From Eledone cirrhosa (taxonomy: Eukaryota): DNA of 64,000 nt. Under the pieces are notes generated by a model, which worked only from the letters and a program-made list of their open reading frames with translations, was not told the origin of the DNA and did not search any database. This document shows, piece after piece, positions 14,566-25,455 of this stretch. Made by a program: the position numbers and the translations under genes. The DNA lies in assembly GCA_964016885.1 (NCBI GenBank), contig OZ024740.1, positions 78,864,001 through 78,928,000 on the forward strand, in the 5' to 3' direction. Each line of letters begins with the position of its first letter. The stretch's first letter is position 1.

Positions 14566-14661
14566 TTAAGCCAAAATATCTTTAGAAATCTGTATAACTG
14601 ATGATTCTTCATACTAAATTATGATTTAAAAAAATATTTTTTCCTTAAATGTTCTCTTTAA

Positions 14662-15451
14662 CCCTTATTGCACTATAAGGCTGATATATAGGGCTCAATA
14701 GTGCAGTCAAAAACATGACCCAATATATCGGCCTAAAAATTTAGCCCTCTTCTTGATAGGCTAACAACCTCCAAATGAATCAATAATGTTATGAATTCCA
14801 TCATTCTGTAGCAGACATTATTTATGGAAGTTTCCTATTATGGTTATAGTTTATTTCACATTATTTTTAGTGACTTCTACAAGTTTTATGAGAGGATGAG
14901 TGACATGAATGATAACTGTAATAGTAATCATGATACTGATGATCCTGGTTATTTTTAACATTATTATGTGCCAGAAATTAGGCTGTTTGATGATTCTCAC
15001 TGATAGTATCCCTTGCAATAAGTCAGAATTTTACTGTTCATCCAGATGTTCATTAGTGTGTAAAAGAGCTAATTAGCACAATTAATTAAATTTTATCTGG
15101 TTTTGTTGGTTGCAATGTTGCACCATTTGCAAGTTAGAAAACATCTACGGATTATTAGACTCCTGAGTGATAAGTAGTAAGTTATTCCATGTTTGAAACC
15201 TATTGTTTTTCTGACAGCATCGGTAGAAGGTCGGACGCCATGCTTTGCAGCATAGAGTTACGCCCCTCTATGGTCTGAGTTCAAATCCCACTGAGGTTCA
15301 CTTTGCCTTTCATCCTTACGGGGTCGATAAAATAAAGTACCAGTAATGCACTGGGTAATTGCTGGCCTTATGCCAAAAGTAGAAACAATTATTTTTAACT
15401 ATTATCCTATAACATTTTTCACTGTTTATCAAAAATGCCATTGTGCTAGGG
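14662..15451. mobile_element. Possible deleted piggyBac-like element containing a SINE
   Basis: TTAA|CCCTT..GCAC at the left end and GTGCTAGGG|TTAA at the right end. The TIR match is short. Confidence 0.4.
15212..15393 (+). mobile_element. SINE family 1
   Basis: Close match to 57488-57678, including B box and core. Confidence 0.92.
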
Positions 15452-16155
15452 TTAAGTAATTTACTTCATGTTAGCCAAGCTTTATACTCTGATTTTTAGC
15501 TTATCTATGGCATTTTAAACAGATGGCAATTCCTATAATTACATTGTTATCTAACTGAAGATGTTTGCTGATATTAACTGATGCTGTTATGTCATTTATT
15601 TTCTAATTACATGTTCTAATTATATGTCCAGTTATTATCTATAGAACTGCCCTTAAAAACAGAAATTGTTGAATTTAGTGTTTAAAGTATGGTTGTTATA
15701 TAATATTGATTTGTAACAAAGGTAGAAGGCCATACATTCTTTGATAGGGGTACAGATGATTAAAGGTAGAGTCAATTCTGCAAAATTTAGGCTCAGATGT
15801 AAGTCTGTTCACTCTCATGATTCTACCCATTCACTGTCTTCAACTTTAAATCATCATTATCATCACTAGCAGAAAAACTACCCTTCGGATGGTTTTGTGC
15901 TAGCATGTGCAGTGTGCATATTGATATTATACGCAAATATATATATACATGTAGATATGATACATTAAATGAAATCGTAATTGACAATATACACAGAAAT
16001 TGAACGAAGTCTGTGTTACACTGTCTTATGTAATCAGCAAAGTAATCCATGATACATTAAAAAAAAGACGATATTATATATAAGCTGCATGAGGAGAAAA
16101 TTAGTGACGGAAATATATGAATTTTTATATAAGCGATGTAATAAATGTTATAATA

Positions 16156-16342
16156 TAATTGTTTCTACTTTTGGCACAAGGCCAGCAATTACCCAGTGCA
16201 TTACTAGTACTTTATTTTATCGACCCCGTAAGGATGAAAGGCAAAGTTAACCTCGGCGGGATTTGAACTCAGAATGGCAAGGGCCGTAAGTCTATGCGTC
16301 AAAGCATGGCGTTCGACCCTCTACCGATACGGCCATTCTAAC
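16156..16342 (-). mobile_element. SINE family 1, subfamily shared with 61441-61626
   Basis: Both copies carry the diagnostic cagaatggcaagggccgtaa..ctat.cgtcaaagcatggc. Confidence 0.92.
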
Positions 16343-16969
16343 CGGAAGTGTTGACGTTTGAAAATTTTAAAGAAGTGTATCTTAAAATAAGCAATAAAAT
16401 TATTTATATTTAATCAAGAGTTACAAAATTTAGTACCTAAATTATGTAATATTCATTCATTATTTATTCAAAGTAACCCAACTTATTTTACAAACAGGAT
16501 AAAAAAATATATTCTGAACGCAGTCCTGCGCTCCACCCTTTATTATAGTTAAGATATATCTGCTTACTATACTTGCTTGAGTTGGATGGGTTGTTACAAT
16601 TTCAAGACCACACCTCACTTGTATCTTTCAATGTTTTTGCATGGTTTCTACAATCAGATGTCCTTCCTAACATCAACCACTGTACAGAGTGTATTGGATG
16701 CATTTTATCATTGTACCAGCAGTAGAGATATTATTCAGTTCTCTACATGACTAAAGAGTCCTTTTTGCTCTATGCTCTCTCTATTCGATTGTTATTCACT
16801 TTACAGAGTAAACTTACTAAATAGTATACTAAATAATATAGTCATACCTGTTGCTGGAAAAAATATAGTTGACTCTTGGCTCATAATTTTTAATATTGTA
16901 TCTACATCATTAGACTTTATTTACCCAGTAGTTATGTGTATGTTGGATATATCATTGTGTACTTTTTTA

Positions 16970-17201
16970 ACCCTTTTATGACCATATTTTAATGGAATAC
17001 ATTCTATTTCAATTGGTTAATGAAGAATTTTGAGGGATTTACTAAAATTATTAATTATTTCATTACTAAGATAGTAACTTAATGTAAGATTCTTATATAA
17101 AATTATGTTGGAAGATTTTAATTTAAATTGGAAACTTTTAAAATGGGTGATTTTATTTCATAGATTCAGAGCCGGTTTTGGCTGGGTTGGTAATGAAAGG
17201 G
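16970..17201. mobile_element. piggyBac-type MITE, family B
   Basis: TTAA|CCCTTTTATGACC...GGTAATGAAAGGG|CTAA. Confidence 0.75.
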
Positions 17202-17650
17202 CTAAAGCATATGAAGGTAAAGAAATGAACTAACATAATACTATCAAGGCCTGTGTTGTTTTAATTTTAGATATGTGTACATTTTATAAAACTGATAGCT
17301 AGCAGTGATATATCATCAGATTCTAAATTTACAAATGCTGGGAGGGTTATGGTTTTTTGATAAAGCCAGAATAAGACTGAGATATGTCTGCAATTATCTC
17401 CCATGCTTGTGGTGGTAGGGAAAATCACTAGTTAGTGTTAACATATTTAATGCATAAAAATTAAAAAGCTAACTTACTAATTTGAAATTAGAGTTGATCA
17501 CTATAATTAATTGTTACAAAAATCATTCAATAAATTACTCCTGGAGATGGAAAAAAGGGGACAGAGGGGCTTTTGTCTGCTTTTTTCTATCTCCACGGGT
17601 ACTTTACCTGATTTTTTTCAACCACTATTTATAGTGATTAACTATCTTTT

Positions 17651-17839
17651 GATTTGGCAGTATCGGTAGATAGTCAGACGCCATGCTTTGCAGCAAAGAG
17701 TTACGGCTCTTTATGGTCTGAGTTCAAATCCCGCCAAGGTTAACTTTGCCTTTCATCCCTACTAGGTCGATAAAATAAAGTACCAGTAATGTACTGGGTA
17801 ATTTACTGGCCTTGTGCCAAAAGTAGAAACAATTATTAT
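17651..17839 (+). mobile_element. SINE family 1
   Basis: A and B boxes, core and aattattat tail are all present. Confidence 0.92.
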
Positions 17840-19346
17840 CATATTAAAGATCATATACTTAACAGTTTTATTATGTTATTTATATTAGGTTATGTTTACA
17901 GCAACAAATTTACAGCTCCGTTAGAGCTTCAGATAATATATGGCTTCCAGTATTTGTTTCAAATCTCACAAAGATCAACTTTACCAGTCATTCTTTCGGG
18001 GTTGATAAAATAAGGTACTAGACCCAGATGGTGTATTAGCAGAATTGCTTGAGCACTGTATGGGATGCCTTGTGGCATTTGTTCCAGATCTTCGCATTCT
18101 GCATTCAAATCTTGATATGGCCTACTTGGGCGAGAGACTTGAACTGTTTCACTTAAATACCACCACCTGGTCTTTTGGTGCTTTTTGAGAGTCCTTTTTG
18201 TTGCAAGCATTCAGACAATGTGATCAGTTTGAGGGTATCTTCCTACCTTCATCCATTTTACCATGTGTACTGCACTTATCTTCCTCATTAAACAGAGAGG
18301 GGTAGCGCCATTTATTCTGTGTTTTTAACGCTAATTAAAAATAAAATCAATTGAAAAAAATCAAACAGTAAATTATTTAAAAGTTCAAGTAAGAAAACTG
18401 TAAATTTCATTTCTTTAAAGTTTAGCTCAAGGAACTGAGGATGATTGTAGATAGCATATGTTTTAATCTTATTGCTAAATAGCTGCCCTAAATGGCTGGG
18501 GACTATAACGAAAGAAAGAACTCAACAATCACATATAATCAGCATAGTTTTAGTATCTGCCTTGTTGATGAATGGCAGGTATCATTTCCATCTTATCTAG
18601 AAGCATCACAGAACAGATTTATCCTCATCGTTTTACAATCATTGAAGTTGAACAGATGATCATTACCAGATGTTTTAGAAAATATTCACAACTATTCTTA
18701 AATTACTTTCTGAGGAATAATTTGGGGGAGGGAGTAAGAGTGTGTGTGAGGGAGAGAGAAAAAGAGGCCAAGAAAACAAAAACAAAAATTTTTTTTTTTA
18801 ACAACTTGTAAAAATAATAAACTGTAGCTTAATGCTGGAAAAATATTAACCAATCTCCTTTAAGTTTTGATTTTTATTATAGCAAGTAGTTATTTTTCTT
18901 TTCTTTCTTATCCTTTTGGATTTCTGATTATTGGAATTATATTACTAATTCTTTTATAATAGGCATTGATATGAATGATCTAACTTTACAAGAATTAAGT
19001 TATAAAATAGGATTTGACATTGTCATCTAAAGAAAGCCTTATACTATTTGGTGTTAATATACACATATCAAGGTCAGTTACAATCTATCAGCCTTTGATA
19101 AGTATGTTACATACATATGAAGGCATGTGTATCAGCAGTTAGAGTGTTGGGCTTATGACCAGAAAGTTGTGGATTTTATCCCAGCACTGGGTGGTGGTGG
19201 TGCATTGCAACCTTGAGCTAGTCACTTCATTTCACGTTTATGCAGCTCACTTAAATGAAACAAATGAGTAGCAATAGTTGAGGGTGTAATCTTGTGATGG
19301 AATGGTGTCTCTTGCAGAGGTAAGTCTTGTACTCTCAGTTGCTTAA

Positions 19347-19954
19347 CCTTTTAGCATTTACATGGCTTAGTGGTTAGAGCATTGGCCTTGCAATCGAAAG
19401 GTTGTGAGTTCAATTCTCAGACCGGGTGATGTGTTGTTTCCTTGAGCAAGACACTTTATTTCACATTGCTCCAGTTTACTCAGCTGTAGAAATGAGATGA
19501 TGGGGACTGGGGTCCCTGTCATTCCACTGCAAAGTGGTCGTGGATGTGCCATGGCAAAAAAGCACCCAGCCCACACTGTAAAGTGGTCGTGTAGGCGCCA
19601 CGGAAAAAAAGCACCCAGCACTCACTGTAAATGAGGTTGGTGTTAGGAAGGGCATCCAGCTGTAGAAATCAAGCCAGAATCAGTTCCCGTCCCACCCTTG
19701 CAAGCAGGGAAAAACAGACGTAAAATGATGATGATGATGATGATGATGATTACTCCATATTTACTATTATGTTTTCATGGTAAAGGCTTTACCGCACATA
19801 ATTATCTCATATAATATTGAATCTATGAAACTTTGATATTATTTATTTTAAGATCAATACCTTAACATCGGTATGAGTTGCCAGTTATGGCCAGTTTGAA
19901 CAGAAAGAGGTGAGAGTATTCTGGTCAGATACAGCTGGCTTAAACGCTAAAGGG
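19347..19954. mobile_element. piggyBac-type MITE, family A, interrupted by a SINE
   Basis: TTAA|CCTTTTAGCATTTA...AAACGCTAAAGGG|TTAA. The body after 19750 aligns with ~2300-2502. Confidence 0.88.
19364..19750 (+). mobile_element. Young SINE family 2 with (GAT)n tail
   Basis: tRNA head, CORE-like domain, ~40-bp units and RTE tail ending in gatgatgat. Confidence 0.9.
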
Positions 19955-20204
19955 TTAATGTTACATGAAGCTAGGATAAGGTTCAGCCTGATGAGTCTCT
20001 AAACTAAAAAGATAAAGACTTTATCTTTTTTTTTTATTTCAGACACTTTCTTAATTTAACTGCTTGCACAAAAATATAAAGAGGAGTTTCAATGGTAAAA
20101 TACAGAATATGTAATTTTTAAGATTCATTATTTACTGAACTATAAAGCAATACAATTAATTTTGTACATTAATTACATCTTTTAAATTAAGGTTTTGATA
20201 TATT

Positions 20205-21110
20205 CATTAGCACTCCTGCCGTACAACACTCAGCAACAAATCTATCTAGTGCATGTCGGAGATAACTTTCATATGAGTTAAGTAATACTGTATCGTCTGC
20301 AAAATTTCAGCCGACTGATCCTACTCTTGCCAGTCTTGATACTACTTCCAAACCATCTGCACATGTCAATCCTGTTGATGATTATGAACAGGAGAGATCA
20401 CCATTTGTACCATTGAATGGTTTTGACTTAACACCATTTACCTGAACACGAATACTAGGGCATTCGTATAGAGACTTCAGGACAACAAGAAGCTGTCTAT
20501 CAATCTCATACTCCCACATAACTTTCCACAAGTCCCATATAGTGTATCCAGGGCAAAAATACACTGTTCAGTAGCTAGCTTAGACTTGACAATATCCCTG
20601 CGTCTCTTTGCCAAACACATAGACTTTGCCGGGGAAGCTTAACAAGGAGATTCCTCTATAATTAGAACAATCTCTCTTGTGACCCTTTTTGAAAATCGAG
20701 ATTATCACTCCCAGTTGCCATTGCTTCAGTACCTTACCAGTGATCCTGGCCACCCATGATTCAGCCAGAGAATACCTTCTCTACTGAATTTCATCCTCCC
20801 CAGTGGCCTTGCCACATTTGAGCTCTTTAATTGCTCTGCTGTTCTTAGCTTCTGAGAGATTAGTCATCGCTCCCAGATAGACCTTATGCTGTTAAAGGCT
20901 GCAGCTAAAATTGGCTTCATGTGGCACTGAATAGCAGGAGGTCCCCTTGGTTCAATCAAGTGGTCAAAGATGTCATCCAAGCAAAGAAGGAGGCTTACAA
21001 AGTTTAACTTGGAAATAAGTCCCCCTTCTTGCACTTATGATACAAGCAGGCACAAAAAGTTGCAGTAGAGACAGTAAAGGCATCCAAAGTTTAGACATGG
21101 GAGGACTTCA
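20205..21110 (-). mobile_element. Decayed RTE-clade LINE with an inverted 5' segment
   Basis: Minus strand encodes RT-like IPIFKK...CSNYRGISLLSFPGKVY, LWKVMWEYEID...VQVNGVKS and FADD. Plus strand 20940-21110 reads PWFNQVVKDVIQAKKEAY...TWEDF (endonuclease-RT linker). Confidence 0.8.
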
Positions 21111-21272
21111 GATCAGCAAAAGTTGAAGATGTGCTATGATTTAGCTGTGAATGACTAATGTAGACCAAAACATGAGGCCATAAAGTAACACAGGGTCGAA
21201 ATACAAAGAAAGGTTCTGTATTACATACTTGTTATACCAATACTAATTAAACTCGTAATGTGAGGCATCACT

Positions 21273-21281
21273 GTATGTATG

Positions 21282-21359
<78 letters not shown>
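21273..21359. repeat. (TATG)n/(TA)n microsatellite
   Basis: Read directly from the sequence. Confidence 0.97.
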
Positions 21360-21360
<1 letters not shown>

Positions 21361-22152
21361 TAGCTGAATGACCTGGTGTTGCCCAGGTTATTGCTGTTCT
21401 TATTCAAATTAGTAAACAATGAATATGAAGATTTTTTTTTCTCATAATTATTTTAAAATATCTATATTTTATTGTAATGATAATAGAATTTAGAAATTAA
21501 AATCTGTCAATGCTGAAGCACCTCAGGGTAAACAATATTCATTTTGTTGGTGTCCAAATGAATAAATTGTTGCTGCTTCCAACTCATGAGTAACCAACAT
21601 AGGGGAGAAACATGCAGTAGAGAGATCAAGTCCAACTACCTTGAGGGATTGGCCCTGTGATTTGTTAATTGAAATATCAAAACTTAGTTTGACTGGAAAC
21701 TGAAGCCTCTTAAATTCAACCTCACATGCACTCACACACGTATACTTGTCAGTCATCACATATGTATGTGTAGATGTGTGTGTGTGTTTAATTCTCTGTG
21801 TCTGATTACATATTTACGTGAAGATGTGTGTGTATGTAACTTACTAAGGCCTACCGTATGTAACAAACACACACACTCAGACACATACTCATATACAAAA
21901 TGTGATGTCATTACATACTCTCACACACATATACTTGTCAGTCATCATATGTAGATGTGTGTGTGTGTGTGTTTAATTCCCTGTATATCTCATTAAATAT
22001 TTACATAAAGATATGTGTGTATGTAACTTACTAAGGCCTAACCCATGTAACAAACGCAGAAACACACACTCACGGACACATACACACTCATATACAAAAT
22101 CTGATGTCATCGTCGTCCATAAAATGTCCATTTACTTATAGTCTATAGTAGA
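21360..22152 (-). mobile_element. Non-autonomous Helitron with a PIF1-helicase C-terminal fragment
   Basis: 5' TC at 22152-22151; 3' CTAG at 21363-21360 preceded by hairpin cctggg..ccagg; inserted between A and T. ORF 21523-21759 reads FKRLQFPVKLSFDISINKSQGQSLKVVGLDL. Contains an internal ~200-bp tandem repeat. Confidence 0.9.
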
Positions 22153-22299
22153 TTATTTTAGATAAAATGTTATATTGCTTTAATCCAAATGAAAATAAAA
22201 ATTACATGTTGTTAATTTGGGGTCTAATATGTAAAATTTGATTTGATTTGGTTGGGCCATTTGAGAATGCATAAGGAAAAAACACAGACAAAGAATTTT

Positions 22300-23025
22300 A
22301 TATATATAAAACATCATAGAAATTTACCAACATTTCAACCATCCTCTTATGGAATCACCTATATAACTCACCCACACACACACCCCAAAAAAATTTTTCT
22401 CCCACACGCCACCTACACCCACAACACGTTTAAACCCCACACACACATGCTTTCCACCACATATTTACACCCTCAGCCTCCTGATTCCTCTCCCCCCACC
22501 CCTCTATCCACACACGCACAGACACTGCGACCTACAACCCCCCCCCGCACACACACCTCTTCCTGAACATGCAACCCCGTTCTTCCCCCAACCCTTACTT
22601 TCACATACACACACACGTACACCTACACACACACACCACCTTCAGCCCTCCCCGCTTGGACACCCCATCTCCCTCTCCCCACTCCACCCTACACACCCCA
22701 CACCCTTCCACCACCTGTTTTACCCCTTTTTAATTTCAGTTTATTTTGATCATGCTTTTATATTTATTTTTATTTCATTCCTTTTATTTTGATCATGCTT
22801 TATTTTTATTTTTATTTTTAATTTCATTCACACCGTTTCCTTTTGCTATATGTCTCTCCACCACTCCCCTACACACCCTTTGAACTCTGTTCCCACACAC
22901 TTCTCACCTGAGAAAGGGCTTATGCCCGAAACGTCGTTCCCCACCACCACCCCACTCTCCAGAGCGTGAAATTAATAAACATTCGTTGTACTGCCTCTCT
23001 GTTTTGTTCCTGTTCAAATTTTTCC

Positions 23026-23028
<3 letters not shown>
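22300..23028 (+). mobile_element. Penelope-like element 3' remnant (pLTR)
   Basis: TFQPSSYGIT resembles the T..P.G.N end of PLE GIY-YIG ORFs. It is followed by a CA-rich UTR, a minimal hammerhead at 22906-22937, AATAAA at 22974-22979 and a (TA)n flank. Confidence 0.55.
22906..22937 (+). ncRNA. Degenerate minimal hammerhead ribozyme
   Basis: CTGAGAA-a-GGGC-ttat-GCCC-GAAA-CGTC. Core position G8 reads A, and stem I is only about 2 bp. Confidence 0.55.
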
Positions 23029-23066
<38 letters not shown>

Positions 23067-23911
23067 ACAGTCACATGCAATATAAAGCCATTGCCTTGCT
23101 TTCCATTTATTCCTTATTTACCTAAATTGAATTGCATCGGATCTATCAGTAAAATAGATTTATAAAATAGAAACTAAACTTGTGACATCTCTTTTCTTCA
23201 CTGATAGAACTATATTAAAGGTAACTAAGGTATCAGATTTTGTAAGCAAAGGCACTTTACATCTACATGAAAAACATTTTTAGTAACTACTGTAATGATA
23301 TTTATTCCTTGTTTTGGTATTTAGCCAATAGGCTGCCCCCTGTAACAGATGCCACAATATTTTGCCAGGTGAGAGAAAGAAATGTGAAGAAGGTATTTAA
23401 AAAAAATGGATCTTGCCAAAAAGAAAGTTAGCTTACCCTGAATTGTGGCTGAAATATATTGGTTCTTAATGTCAACAACTTACATGCTTTCACTGAGATA
23501 CCAATAATTTGACAAATTGATATTTATGATTATAAACCTAGTTTTGTGTTTAATTTATTTTGCTTGAGCCTATATTTTACTTGTTTACCCCCCCCCTCTC
23601 TCACACACACACACACGTATATATGTGGGTTGTGTGTGTGTGGAGCTGCATGGTTTTGCGGTTAATGTTCAGCTCATGATTGCAAGGTTGTGTTTTAGAT
23701 TCTCAGCAGCATGATGCTCCAGTTTACTCAGCTGGCAACAATGAGTTATATATGAATTCAAAGGGCCAGCTATGTCACGCTGAATCACCCTGAGAAGGGT
23801 ACACATGCCTGTGGAATGCTCAACCACTTGTACATTAATTTCATGAGCAGGCTGTTCCATTGATCTAACAACTAGAACACTCATCACCAGAAATGATGGA
23901 AGTACAACAAA

Positions 23912-23944
<33 letters not shown>

Positions 23945-25455
23945 ATTTAACATATTTTATCTGTTAACAAGGGGGTATATATATATATATAAAACATCCG
24001 CTTTTCTATGCTGACATGTGCTAGACATCTTGTCACAAACCAAGTCAGTACTTAATAAAGACTACTGACCAAAGGGTCATGAATACTCTCTAGTTGCATC
24101 AAAGACAGGACAATTTTCCTAATGCTAGTGCTATGATAAAGTGTACCCAGTGCACTCTGTAAAGTATGGGGATGTAAGTAAAAATCAGGCCCCTGTCATA
24201 TCTGAAAGGTCAGTAGTTCAGATTAAGTACTGACTTTGTCTATGATGACCCATTCAACTCATGCTAGCAAGAAAAACTGATGATAAATGATGATGATATA
24301 TATATATATAAAATCAAGGTCTAGCAAATAGAGAAAAAGTTTTAAAATAAAATTTAAAATATTCACTGTACTTACTATATGTGCCTTTACCGCGGTTTCA
24401 AATATATATATATATATATATATAATTATTATATAGAAACTATGTAATATGACAGGTGCAGCTTGAAGACATCCATCATTCCCATACCTATGATAGGTGT
24501 GGATCGGTGGTTGATTTACTAGATGGGGACATAAAATTCACAACTTTCTGGTCATAAGCCCACCACTCTAACTGCTGATACACATGCCTTCAGCAGTATG
24601 GTTCTGGTGTTTTGGTGTCGATTGTAGGTGTATGGTTTGCTTAGGTTCATGGCTGGCTTTGATTTAATCTGAATATATTTATGTTCAAGTTAAGGCAATT
24701 AACAATCTTAGTTGCAAATATATATTTATATACATATATATATATAAATGAAAAATGTTGTGCTGCGTTGTTGAGAATGTGAACATATGAATGAAAATAG
24801 ACCGAGAAACAGGACTGTCCATCATCAGTAGTCTGCTGATTATCATTGGTATTTCTTTGCATTAAAGACTAATCTCTTTTCCTCTCTTTACGTTGCATTA
24901 CTACCATGTTTGTTTACTTTCCTCTGTTTTCCTCTGTCCCGATAACTTAATTTAGTTATTGCTCGCACTGATTTTAGGTATCTAGTCTTTAATGCGAAGA
25001 AATACCAATGATAATCAGCAGACTACTGATGATGGACAGTCCTGTTTCTCGGTCTATTTTCATTCATATGTTCACATTCGCAACAACGCAGCACGCCATT
25101 TTTTATTCACATATATTTTTTCCCCTCGCTGTGGATCGTATTTTTTCTGTTGCCTTACTGCTATCCTCTTTCTCTCTCCCCTTTCTCTCTCCTTTACCTC
25201 TTGCTTTCTTTCACCCCCGTTGCTGGTCACACACTCTCGGCTGGCCTCTTCCTCACACTTTCACTCACTCACTCTCTGCTACTCCCCCTCTCTCACTTCC
25301 TCCCGTCTGACCTGTGTGAAATTCTTTCCTCTCTCACTTTTCGCGTGGCTCAGATGTGTCTGCCTCTTCTCGTCATTTGATGTGTTCGGACTTAAGCCCA
25401 CAAGATTCATTGACTTGTCTCTCTTTTCCTCTCTTTACGTTGCATTACTACCATG

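Larger units (their letters stand above)
19118..20005 (+). mobile_element. Old CORE-like SINE split by a MITE
   Basis: Head and core at 19118-19346; tail resumes at 19959-20005. The joined sequence resembles the reverse complement of 40145-40377. Confidence 0.65.

Noticed and set aside
19364-19425. Possible tRNA gene
   Set aside because: It is the pol III head of a SINE and runs into core and tail sequence. The same applies to the other A/B-box hits.
19985-20005. CTGATGAGTC hammerhead-like start
   Set aside because: No properly placed GAAA box or stem III follows; it lies in an old SINE tail.
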